Both the position numbers and the translations under genes were made by a program. From Dehalococcoidia bacterium (GTDB lineage Bacteria > Chloroflexota > Dehalococcoidia > Plut-88900): a stretch of 64,000 nt of DNA. This document shows, piece by piece, positions 19,141 to 27,782 of the stretch (positions are counted from its first letter, which is position 1; every line of letters begins with the position of its first letter). The notes below the pieces were generated by a model. That model saw nothing but the letters and a program-made list of their open reading frames with translations. It was not told the DNA's origin and did not search any database. The stretch spans positions 1,056,001 through 1,120,000 of the forward strand of contig OZ240219.1 of the NCBI GenBank assembly GCA_965197645.1, read 5' to 3'.

Positions 19141-19983
19141 CTAGCTGGCTCTAGAGACCAACTCCCTGACGTGCACTATGTACTGACCTATCTTCTTGGC
19201 GTCGTCGGCCTCCTTGTTGAACTCCAAGTAGGTTTCCAGATCGGCTAACGAGTTCTCGTAGTCCTTCAGCTGGTAGTGTATCTTGCCCCGGTCCCTGATC
19301 TCGTCCACGTCCCAAGGGCTGACGGCCAGCAGCATCTCCACCGCCGAAAGGGCGAATCCATACTCCGAGCCGTTCAGATACGCTCCCTTGAGGTTGGTGA
19401 GCACCCTTCGCAGAGTCTGCTTCTTCGTAATCGCCGATAGGTAGTGTTCCCGGAACGGCGCCTGCCCGCCCGATAGCACCCGCAGCCGGTTGGCGCAGTC
19501 CTCGCGGGTCAGCACCAGTCCTTTGCTGAACGGGTCTACGATAATCTCCTCTTGCTCGCTCTGGTACTTGACCAGGAAGTGCCCGGGGAATCCCACCCCC
19601 GACATGGGAAGCCCGGCGTTGGCGGCTACCTCCAGGTAAAGGATAGATAGCGTAATCGGGATGCCCTTTCTTCGGTCTATCACCTCGTTTAGGAAGCTGT
19701 TTCGAGGATCGTAGTAGTCGTCCTCATTGCCCGCGAACCTCTCGCCATTGAACAGGTGGTTGTTGATCGCCTCGATCGCCTCCTTGGGCGCCGGAGAATC
19801 TCCGAGTCGTAACCGGACAACGTTGGCCATTAGCTTCATCCGGTTGAGGTACTTCTCCACGGGCAGGTCTGGACAGTATTCACGGGCGATGAGCAACGCC
19901 GCGGCCGCCAGGTTCATCTCGTCTTCGCGACGGGATGCCATTTCCCGAAAGGTGGTCTTGTAAGGGGCCGATTCCTGGTCCAT
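19141..19983 (-). CDS. SirB1 family (transglutaminase-like plus TPR) protein
   Basis: GNEDDYYDPRNSFLNEVIDRRKGIPITL, GVGFPGHFLV, VDPF, EIRDRG. Confidence 0.9.
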   Translation of the reverse strand: MDQESAPYKTTFREMASRREDEMNLAAAALLIAREYCPDLPVEKYLNRMKLMANVVRLRLGDSPAPKEAIEAINNHLFNGERFAGNEDDYYDPRNSFLNEVIDRRKGIPITLSILYLEVAANAGLPMSGVGFPGHFLVKYQSEQEEIIVDPFSKGLVLTREDCANRLRVLSGGQAPFREHYLSAITKKQTLRRVLTNLKGAYLNGSEYGFALSAVEMLLAVSPWDVDEIRDRGKIHYQLKDYENSLADLETYLEFNKEADDAKKIGQYIVHVRELVSRAS

Positions 19984-20079
19984 CGTCTGAAGTACACCCA
20001 GTGTAGCAGTGAACCTCGAAGGCTAGCAAATGGGATAGACCGCAGTTACAATATCGCCACCACTTCGAGGGAGACAGCC

Positions 20080-21081
20080 ATGGCAAAGCCAAAGGTATAC
20101 GTGACTCGACTCATCGCCGATGAAGCCCTGGACGTTGTTAGAGAAGCCACCGACATGAAGCTTCACGACAGCGATCTTCCGCCCTCGCGGGACGTGCTGC
20201 TGCGAGAGGTGCAGGGCATGGACGGGCTGCTCTGTCTCTTGACCGAGCGGATAGACGCCGAGGTCATGGACGCCGCTCCCACCATCAAGGTGATCAGCAA
20301 CATGGCAGTGGGCTTTGACAACATCAGCCTGGACGAGGCCACCAAGCGGGGCATTCCCGTCGGCAACACGCCCGGCGTGCTCACCGAGACCACGGCGGAC
20401 TTCGCCTTCGCCCTGCTGATGTCGGCGGGCCGGCGCGTCGCCGAGGGTGATCGATACACCCGTACCGGCAAGTGGCTTACCTGGGGTCCCAAGGTACTTC
20501 TTGGGCAAGACATCCACGGCGCAACCCTGGGCATCGTGGGGATGGGACGCATAGGGATCGAGATGGCCAAGCGGGCCCAGGGCTTCCATATGAATGTGAT
20601 CTACTACGATGCCGTAGTCAGAAATGAGGACGCCGAGCGAGAGTATGGCATCGAGTACTACCCAGACCTAGACCGTCTCCTGGCCGACTCCGATTTCGTC
20701 ACCCTACATGTCCCTCTAACCCCCGATACCAAGCACCTGATAGGCGCCGAAGAGCTGACGACTATGAAGTCGACGGCCACCCTGATCAACACTTCCAGGG
20801 GCCCGGTGGTGGATGGGGCCGCCCTTTACGAAGCGCTGAAGAACGGCGTCATAGCCTCGGCCGGCCTGGATGTCACCGAGGTGGAGCCCATACCCAACGA
20901 TGACCCGCTGCTGACCCTGGAAAACTGCATCATCGCGCCCCATATTGCCAGTGGCAGCGTGGCCACCCGCACGAAGATGGGAATGATGGCCGCCGACAAC
21001 CTGCTGGCCGGCCTACGAGGCGAGCAGCCGCCCAACTGCCCCAACCCGGAGGCTCTAGAGGTACGAAAAAGAGGTCGATGA
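20080..21081 (+). CDS. gyaR: D-glycerate dehydrogenase / glyoxylate reductase
   Basis: MAVGFDNI, NTPGVLTETTAD, GIVGMGRIG, INTSRGPVVD, AGLDVTEVEP, PHIASGS. Confidence 0.9.
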   Translation: MAKPKVYVTRLIADEALDVVREATDMKLHDSDLPPSRDVLLREVQGMDGLLCLLTERIDAEVMDAAPTIKVISNMAVGFDNISLDEATKRGIPVGNTPGVLTETTADFAFALLMSAGRRVAEGDRYTRTGKWLTWGPKVLLGQDIHGATLGIVGMGRIGIEMAKRAQGFHMNVIYYDAVVRNEDAEREYGIEYYPDLDRLLADSDFVTLHVPLTPDTKHLIGAEELTTMKSTATLINTSRGPVVDGAALYEALKNGVIASAGLDVTEVEPIPNDDPLLTLENCIIAPHIASGSVATRTKMGMMAADNLLAGLRGEQPPNCPNPEALEVRKRGR

Positions 21082-21371
21082 CGGGTTCCGGCGTTCCTCT
21101 CTCCTCCCCTCGGTGACTGCTCGATGGGTCCTTTTTGTGGGAGTGTCTCTCCTGCCGGCCACAGCGAAAGTTGGCGGCGCCAGAGTCCGCCCTGCCCGCT
21201 GAGCTAGTCCCTATGCTTGTCGGTGTAACATAACAAGCGGTACAACTATCAGGGGTAGGTCAGTACTAGAAGCGTCAAATGAGCCTGCTGGAAGGATGCC
21301 CACGGCATAGTCGTGCGGTATAAGATTTCAGCGGATTCTAGATGCCTTCCATAGGACTGAGGAACTTTCTC

Positions 21372-22043
21372 ATGGCGCGCCATGATTATATATTTGTCGA
21401 CGAGTCCGGTGATCCGGCATTCAAGGTAGACCCGAGCAGTCATCAACCGCTCAGTAGCAATTTCTATACCGCCGCTGCTCTGCATTTGTGCGATGATTCC
21501 TTTCGAGACCTGAACAAGCACATGGCGGCGTTCAGGTACTACTCGGGACTCAATCGCGAGTTGAAGATACCTTCTGAGAAGGAGGAGTACACCCGACTTT
21601 TGGATCCGATTCGAGCCTTGTCAGAGGCAGGCAGAAACATCTGGGCCTCTGTCGTTTATCTCGATAAGCTGAAATACAACGGAAGCTACCTAAAGCCTGG
21701 GGGGAAGAGGCCGGTCAATCCGGTCAAATTCCGCAATTACATACTACGGCGTCTACTGGAACACCACTTTCAAAAGTACAGCCTGCAGTCTAGTCAATAC
21801 GATTTGGTTCTCGACCGCATCGACTTGTCCAGAGAGGAATCAGAGAACCTGAGACAATACATCTCGGGAAACCGGAGTATTCCTACACCTACCCACATCA
21901 CTCACGCTTCATCCATATACGTGGAGGGGTTACAGATCGTTCATCATATTGCGAACGGTTACAAGGCCGCGGCGACTGGCAGGCCTGTGCCAATTGAACT
22001 ATCGTTTGTTAACCCGCGGGACTTGACTACTATTGGTCGGTAA
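21372..22043 (+). CDS. DUF3800 domain protein (RNase H-like fold predicted)
   Basis: N-terminal YIFVDESGD, ELK motif, central VLDR, C-terminal GLQIVHHIA resembling LQ(L/I)ADxxA; more AT-rich than flanking genes. Confidence 0.78.
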   Translation: MARHDYIFVDESGDPAFKVDPSSHQPLSSNFYTAAALHLCDDSFRDLNKHMAAFRYYSGLNRELKIPSEKEEYTRLLDPIRALSEAGRNIWASVVYLDKLKYNGSYLKPGGKRPVNPVKFRNYILRRLLEHHFQKYSLQSSQYDLVLDRIDLSREESENLRQYISGNRSIPTPTHITHASSIYVEGLQIVHHIANGYKAAATGRPVPIELSFVNPRDLTTIGR

Positions 22044-22050
22044 GTGACTT

Positions 22051-22135
22051 GTGGGCTAGGCCGGGCCCCCTTGTTTCGGGAGGCCCGCCTAGCCCACGTA
22101 TTAGCAGGTGAAGCCGACAACGGATCTTTGTGCCC
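22051..22135. ncRNA. Candidate DUF3800-associated structured RNA
   Basis: Hairpin GTGGGCTAGGC-C-GGGCC-CCC / loop TTGTTTC / GGG-A-GGCCC-GCCTAGCCCAC (22051-22097), 19 bp with two bulges, no U-tract; minus-strand promoter downstream points into it. Confidence 0.45.
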
Positions 22136-22139
22136 TTGC

Positions 22140-22168
22140 ATTTTGGCAAGTACTTGACCGGATGTCAA
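22140..22168 (-). promoter_or_regulatory. Inward-facing sigma70-like promoter, antisense to DUF3800
   Basis: Minus strand TTGACA (22168-22163)-N17-CAAAAT (22145-22140). Confidence 0.5.
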
Positions 22169-22219
22169 CCGTCATTCTGAACGAGATCACCTCCTTAATC
22201 TCAGGACATATGGTACATC

Positions 22220-23038
22220 CTACCTGAGGCCCTCACCCTCAAAGGTTCCCCTTCCCAGAGGGGCATAACCCAACATGAACATTGCCGACTGCACAGCCAG
22301 AAGACGGCTCTCGGCTGGTACGTGGGTGAAGTCCCCGCCGGAGGTCGTCAGAGCACCTAGCAGCCACGCCGATTTAAGACACGAGTCAGCATACCTGCGT
22401 GTCTGCCCGCTCCTCAGGACGGGGAAGTTATAAGGGTTGCGATCGACCCGGCGTACCTGAGACTCCGGCACGCCTAAGCGCAGGATCTCCGGCACCTGTG
22501 CGCACGATGCCTCCTCAGCGTATATGTGTATAGATGACGTTAGGGCGCATGCGACCCGACTGTCGTAGATGGGAAGGTCATCGACGAGCAGGGTGTATAT
22601 CTTCGAGTAGCTTGCCGACATGTGGGTCACCTCACCAAGACGCAGGGTGTCGGCTGTCCTGGGGGACAGGAGACTCGCCTGTCTCAGGGTATCGGCCATG
22701 CTTGGGAGTCGAGACGGAGGGGTATTGCCCCACTTTAGAATACTGACGCACACATCCCGGAACCTACGCCACTCCTCGGCTAATGCATACTCACGTATGC
22801 ACGAACGAAGGAGGTCCAGATATCGTTCCGTGTGGTCGAACCCTCCCATCTGCACCCCCTCCACGCTAAAACTCCAGTAGTAGCACGAGAACGCATCAAA
22901 CACGGAGGTGAACCGATAGTCTCCGAGCCGATCGCTGTGCCAGGAGTGGGTGATCTCTCGTTCTCCCGACACCAGCTCTGACATCCACATTAGATACCCA
23001 CTGACGTACGGATCGGCCAGGAACTCATCTCTCTGCAT
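22220..23038 (-). CDS. Hypothetical protein, 8-oxoguanine glycosylase (OGG/HhH)-fold-like
   Basis: ILKWG, SASYSKIY and PIYDSRVACAL resemble the catalytic Lys/Asp region of OGG-fold glycosylases; C-terminal AMFMLGY. Confidence 0.6.
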   Translation of the reverse strand: MQRDEFLADPYVSGYLMWMSELVSGEREITHSWHSDRLGDYRFTSVFDAFSCYYWSFSVEGVQMGGFDHTERYLDLLRSCIREYALAEEWRRFRDVCVSILKWGNTPPSRLPSMADTLRQASLLSPRTADTLRLGEVTHMSASYSKIYTLLVDDLPIYDSRVACALTSSIHIYAEEASCAQVPEILRLGVPESQVRRVDRNPYNFPVLRSGQTRRYADSCLKSAWLLGALTTSGGDFTHVPAESRLLAVQSAMFMLGYAPLGRGTFEGEGLR

Positions 23039-23307
23039 GAAAGACCCCCGACGTGTTCTCTCGCCAGGGCTGGCGGAAATCGATCAGTTCGTCTTGAACG
23101 ATGGGATCCGCCATCTGTAGCCTCCTTGGGGCGTGGGTTAGGCTTTTTGCCACAGTCGCCGGAGTCCCATAGGTAAGCCTCGCAAGGGGGGCACGAAGCC
23201 CATCTACACCAGACTTACGCATGGTTTCAGCGACCCGGTCCGGAGCTGTGCCGAGGATACTTTACCCCCGACCGGTACTCTCGTCAAAACTAGAGTGGAG
23301 AATTGAG

Positions 23308-23341
23308 GAACCCCCCTGCTGTGTACTAAGCAGGGGGGTTC
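23308..23341. terminator. Perfect 13-bp hairpin, terminator-like
   Basis: GAACCCCCCTGCT-N8-AGCAGGGGGGTTC; weak U-tract. Confidence 0.5.
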
Positions 23342-23444
23342 TTAGGTCCAGAACAGTCGCAGAATCTTTAGTGCGAATCAAACTAACGCACTACCAGAGA
23401 TTTTCTGAGGCACACCCCGGGCTTCATCAATCTGGCAGTGCCTG

Positions 23445-23473
23445 TTGCGGGCGCGGGCCTCCCGGTCTATAAT
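23445..23473 (+). promoter_or_regulatory. Sigma70-like promoter of the riboswitch-btu operon
   Basis: TTGCGG-N17-TATAAT. Confidence 0.65.
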
Positions 23474-23507
23474 CGTCGAGTTCGCAGCTTAACAACGGAA
23501 CACAGCA

Positions 23508-23664
23508 CTCCAGGCACTATCGGAGTTTAATAGGGAAGGCGGTGAGATGCCGCCGCGGTAGCGCCACTGTAATCGGGGAGCTCCTCGACAAGTACGTCAC
23601 TGTTCTGTGGGATGGGAAGGCGTCGATGGAGCGATGATCCGTAAGCCAGGAGACCTGCCTGGAG
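23508..23664 (+). ncRNA. Cobalamin riboswitch
   Basis: P1 CTCCAGGCA/TGCCTGGAG, AATAGGGAAGGCGGTGAGATGCCGCC, GCCACTGTAA, CACTG...GGGAAGG, B12 box AAGCCAGGAGACCTGCC; upstream of btuFCD. Confidence 0.95.
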
Positions 23665-23734
23665 AGTCGGAGCTTTACTCTGCGCCATACAGGAACGCTC
23701 CACGCCCCCGGCACCGGAAGCCGGTAAGGCTTTC

Positions 23735-23770
23735 AAGCCCTGGTCAGAGTAGAGCCAGGGCTTTTTTGTT
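23735..23770 (+). terminator. Intrinsic terminator of the riboswitch expression platform
   Basis: AAGCCCTGG...CCAGGGCTT followed by TTTTGTT. Confidence 0.8.
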
Positions 23771-23829
23771 GCCCGAACCGCCGATGCCGGTTCCGTAGCA
23801 AGACGAATACACGGAAGGACGCACGAACT

Positions 23830-24927
23830 ATGTCTTCGAAGTCTTGCCGCTTGAGTCCCTTAGCAGTGGTTGGGGTGTTTCTGCTTGCCGCGGTGATGGT
23901 AATCGCAGCCGCCTGTGGCGAATCGACGCCAACGCCGGATCCCACGGCAGCATCGACGCCCCAACCAACGGTAACATCCACTCCCGATCCGATCGCTACA
24001 CCCAGCCCCGAGCCAACCGCGGTATCTACCCCCGAGCCAACCCCTACGCCCGTTCTCTCCCAGTATCCGCTGGAGGTCACCGGCTCCGACGGTCAATCGG
24101 TGACGCTGGAAGAAGCTCCGGAGCGGATCGTGGCTATAGATGGAGCGACGGTGGAGATACTCTTCGCTATCGGAGAGGAGCATCGCATCGTAGGCACCCA
24201 CGAATTCGTGACCTACCCGCCGGAGGTTGAGGAGATCGAGAAGGTCGGCAGCGCCTTCGCCCTTGATTTCGAGAAGATAGCATCGTTGGACCCGGACCTG
24301 ATCTTCATCTTCTTTGCCAGCCCGGCCGAGGACCTGAGGCGGTTGGGGGCGCCGGTTATCTATCAGGATAGCCCCGGGACTCTACAGGGCGTGGCGGACC
24401 AGATCAGGCTGTGGGGCGAAATAGTGGACGCCAGAGAGGAGGCGGAATCGGTCGCTGCGGAGTTCGAAGAGGCCGTGGCCGCCGTGGCCGCCCCTCTGGA
24501 AGGGATCATCGCCACGACACCCGTGATGGTCGTCGACCGCGCTACGGCCACCGATGTTGAAGGACCGAGGTCTCCTCCGAGAGTGTTCCACGATCTGGCC
24601 CCGGGCCTGTGGACCGCCGGTTCGGACACTCTGGAGGCCGAGATTTACGAAACCTTAAAGGCGTACAACATCTTCGAGGACGTATCAGGGTACCCGCAGA
24701 CCAGCGCTGAGGATCTGGTCGCCCGGGACCCAGAGGTAATAATCAGCGTGTACGAAGATGGGCCGGACTACTTCAGATCAGAGCCGGCGTTCCAGAATCT
24801 GTTTGCGGTCAGGAAGGACCAGCTGTACGCCATCGATGGGGCGTTGCTCAGCGTGGCGGGGCCCAGGATCATAGAGGGCCTGCAGACGTTGGCCCGCATC
24901 CTCTACCCGGACCTGTACCCTCAATAG
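23830..24927 (+). CDS. btuF: Cobalamin ABC transporter substrate-binding lipoprotein
   Basis: Lipobox IAAAC, Pro/Thr stalk, PERIVA, VEILFAIG, EKIASLDPDL, GPRIIEGL; downstream of B12 riboswitch. Confidence 0.88.
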   Translation: MSSKSCRLSPLAVVGVFLLAAVMVIAAACGESTPTPDPTAASTPQPTVTSTPDPIATPSPEPTAVSTPEPTPTPVLSQYPLEVTGSDGQSVTLEEAPERIVAIDGATVEILFAIGEEHRIVGTHEFVTYPPEVEEIEKVGSAFALDFEKIASLDPDLIFIFFASPAEDLRRLGAPVIYQDSPGTLQGVADQIRLWGEIVDAREEAESVAAEFEEAVAAVAAPLEGIIATTPVMVVDRATATDVEGPRSPPRVFHDLAPGLWTAGSDTLEAEIYETLKAYNIFEDVSGYPQTSAEDLVARDPEVIISVYEDGPDYFRSEPAFQNLFAVRKDQLYAIDGALLSVAGPRIIEGLQTLARILYPDLYPQ

Positions 24928-25007
24928 GGGCATGAAAGGCCGGCAAAGTGAACGTCGGAACTGGGCGGTTGCGCCGTTGCGGTTAGGTGCTCGAGGAGTA
25001 AGACGGG

Positions 25008-26105
25008 ATGGGACTTACGGAGCTAGATAGGTCCGGCCCCGGAATGGACCATGCCATCGAGGGGGTGCGGCTGCCCTCTATGAGCCGCCTGTGGCGGCGA
25101 ATCGGCATCGGCCTTGCGGCGGTCGTAGTCATCGCCATCGTAGCCGGAGGCATCGGATCGGTGAGCATTTCGCCGGGCAGCCTCGTGAAGATAACCCTCG
25201 ACCGGGCGCCGTTCATCGATCTGGAGCAAACGTGGCCGAGCAGCTGGGAGACCATTCTGTGGCAGATAAGGTTTCCCAGGGTCGTGCTGGCGGCATTGAT
25301 CGGGGGCGGGCTAGCGATGGCGGGAGCGACCTACCAGGGGCTGTTTCGCAACCCCCTGGCTGCTCCTTCTCTGATCGGAGTGTCGGGAGGGGCGGGGCTC
25401 GGCGCCACGATAGTGCTGGTAACCGGTGTTCCGGTATACTTCCTCGGCTTCAGCCTACTGCCGGCAGCCGCCTTCGCCGGAGCGCTGATGGCCGTCAGCG
25501 TGTCCTACGCCATAGCCAAACGACCCGGGGGCCTTCCCCTCACCACCTTGATACTGGCCGGTGTGGCCATCGCATCCATGACCAGCGCTATCACCAGCTT
25601 GTTGATGATCAGCTCGGACGAAGATGTCCGTCCCCTGCTGGCCTGGCTCTTGGGCGGTCTGTCCGGCGCCGGCTGGAGAGACGCCCAGATAATCCTGCCT
25701 TACTTACTCCTCGGCGTCATAGTTATGCTGGCCTACGGGCGCATCCTGAACCTCTTCCAGGTGGATGAACAGGAGGCGGCACAGCTGGGAGTGAATGTAG
25801 AGCGAACGAAGCTGGTGCTGGTGGTAGCCGCCTCGATGACAACGGCGGCCGCTGTATCGGTGGGTGGGCTGATCGGGTTCGTAGGACTGATATCGCCCCA
25901 CGCGGTTAGACTGATGTGGGGGCAGGACCACCGGATGTTGCTTCCCATGTCATTGATCGTCGGCGCGGGATTTCTCGTTGTGGCAGACCTGGTGGCCAGG
26001 ACTATCGTCAGTCCTACCGAGCTGCCGGTGGGGGTGGTCACCGCCTTCTGCGGAGGACCCTTTTTCCTGTACCTGCTGCGTCGGAGCCGGAGACTGGCCA
26101 TTTGA
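25008..26105 (+). CDS. btuC: Cobalamin ABC transporter permease (FecCD family)
   Basis: IRFPRV, QGLFRNPLA, EAAQLGVNV, GLIGFVGLISPH, ELPVGVVTA. Confidence 0.9.
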   Translation: MGLTELDRSGPGMDHAIEGVRLPSMSRLWRRIGIGLAAVVVIAIVAGGIGSVSISPGSLVKITLDRAPFIDLEQTWPSSWETILWQIRFPRVVLAALIGGGLAMAGATYQGLFRNPLAAPSLIGVSGGAGLGATIVLVTGVPVYFLGFSLLPAAAFAGALMAVSVSYAIAKRPGGLPLTTLILAGVAIASMTSAITSLLMISSDEDVRPLLAWLLGGLSGAGWRDAQIILPYLLLGVIVMLAYGRILNLFQVDEQEAAQLGVNVERTKLVLVVAASMTTAAAVSVGGLIGFVGLISPHAVRLMWGQDHRMLLPMSLIVGAGFLVVADLVARTIVSPTELPVGVVTAFCGGPFFLYLLRRSRRLAI

Positions 26106-26899
26106 AGAGCAGCTCGGTCCTGGACATCCTCAACGTCGGCTTCGCCTACGGCGATGCTGTGGTCCTCAAGAACGTGGACCTGAGAGTAGAGCGGGGAGAG
26201 ATCATAGGGTTGGTGGGACCGAACGGCACCGGAAAGACCACCCTGCTGGGCATCTTAGCCGGGACTTTGAAGGCCCAGCGGGGGACCGTATTGCTGGACG
26301 GACGATCGTTGCGGGACCTCAGGCCTCGAGATCGGGCTAGGCTGGTGGCGATGGTTCCCCAAACGCCGGTGGTCCCGCCGGGTTTCACCGCCGCGGAGCT
26401 AGTCATGATGGGTCGGAACCCCCACCTGCGGCTTCTGCAATGGGAGGGGCCCGAGGACCTGGAGGTGTGCCGATGGGCGATGGAGATGACCGATGCCTGG
26501 GAACTGGCGCATCGAACTGTATCGTCGCTGTCCGGCGGGGAGAAGCAGCGGGTAATCATCGCCCGGGCGCTGGCCCAGCGGACCGACCTGCTGCTGTTGG
26601 ACGAGCCGACGGCTCACCTAGACATCGGGTACCAGCCAGCCGTTCTGGACACCATACAGAGAATAGGCCGGGAGGCTGGGGTGACTATTGTGGCCGCTAT
26701 GCACGACCTGACGCTGGCGGCCCAGTACTGCCACCGCATTGCCCTGCTGCACGAAGGGGTAATCAGTGCGGTGGGCACGCCCGACGAGGTGCTGCGTCCC
26801 GAGCTAGTCGGCGAAGCCTTCGGGTCCAATGTATGCGTGACCCGGCACCCAGTGCACGGTACCCCCGTGGTACTGCCCGTTGGCGATGTGAGAAGATGA
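26102..26899 (+). CDS. btuD: Cobalamin ABC transporter ATP-binding protein
   Basis: Walker A GPNGTGKT, LSGGEKQR, LLLDEPT, MHDL; TTG start overlapping the permease stop. Confidence 0.9.
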   Translation: MKSSSVLDILNVGFAYGDAVVLKNVDLRVERGEIIGLVGPNGTGKTTLLGILAGTLKAQRGTVLLDGRSLRDLRPRDRARLVAMVPQTPVVPPGFTAAELVMMGRNPHLRLLQWEGPEDLEVCRWAMEMTDAWELAHRTVSSLSGGEKQRVIIARALAQRTDLLLLDEPTAHLDIGYQPAVLDTIQRIGREAGVTIVAAMHDLTLAAQYCHRIALLHEGVISAVGTPDEVLRPELVGEAFGSNVCVTRHPVHGTPVVLPVGDVRR

Positions 26900-26961
26900 T
26901 TGGCGGGCGAAGCTCCCCACTGATCTGGCGTGGGAGAGCCTCGCGATAGCCAGGAGGTATT

Positions 26962-27675
26962 GTGAAAGAGACGCACATTATAGAATTCCTCAAACAGTTT
27001 TCCGTCGATGACTTGGTCAGCAGGGGGATTCTTCGTAAGAACGCGCGGGAACTTAACAATGGGAGTGTATACCCCTTAATGGAGTTGATGGCCAGCCAAG
27101 GTGTTACTCGCTTGGAATCCCCAGAAAGAGACTGGTTCTTGACAGTTGATGGTGAATTCCAGAATCCGCGTTCAAGCGAAGAGACAACCGGTAGAGTCGA
27201 AAACTTGGGCAATCCCGGTAACGTGTTCAACTATCAGAACACCTCGATCAATCCCTGGTACGCGGGAAGTACAGGCCCTGAATCAGACCCCGAGGGGAAT
27301 GCCGAAGAGCTCAGTTTTGACTTGGAGCGGGACTTGCAGAAGGCCTTGCGTTCCAACATTCAGCAACTTGAGCCTGGCTTGAGGATCACAGACGGCGGTG
27401 TGGAGCGGACCGTTGAAGCCGGGAGAATCGATATCACAGCCGAAGACTCAGACGGCCGGTTGGTTCTCATTGAACTCAAACGTCGCAAGGCCAGCCTAGC
27501 TTCGATCGGACAGCTGCTTTCCTATATGGGTAGCCCAGACAACGACTCAAACCGCCCGGTCCGGGGGATTCTGGTCGCTAACAGCTTTGGTCCCGGTGTA
27601 GTAATGGCTGCCAAGGCAGTGCCTAACCTTTCCCTAAGAGCCTACTCGTTCCAATTCTCATTTCGTGAACCCTAA
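26962..27675 (+). CDS. Endonuclease NucS-like (PD-(D/E)xK) domain protein
   Basis: LERDLQ, GRIDITAED, VLIELK, GQLLSYM, VRGILVA; AGGAGG RBS. Confidence 0.82.
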   Translation: MKETHIIEFLKQFSVDDLVSRGILRKNARELNNGSVYPLMELMASQGVTRLESPERDWFLTVDGEFQNPRSSEETTGRVENLGNPGNVFNYQNTSINPWYAGSTGPESDPEGNAEELSFDLERDLQKALRSNIQQLEPGLRITDGGVERTVEAGRIDITAEDSDGRLVLIELKRRKASLASIGQLLSYMGSPDNDSNRPVRGILVANSFGPGVVMAAKAVPNLSLRAYSFQFSFREP

Positions 27676-27782
27676 TCAAATCCAGCCGGTCCGATTCACC
27701 GATAAGACATTCTTATAGATCGACTGATGTATAGAGGGCTGCAGAGGAATGTGCCGATGGGCGAGCGGAGGGACGGCGGTGC

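Noticed and set aside
23225-23300. Intact tRNA near the islet border
   Set aside because: Only a 14-nt 3'-end-like stretch is present; no T-loop GTTCRA or cloverleaf could be built.
26900-27700. NucS-like gene as an integron cassette
   Set aside because: No attC-type RYYYAAC...GTTRRRY structure after the gene and no integrase in the window.
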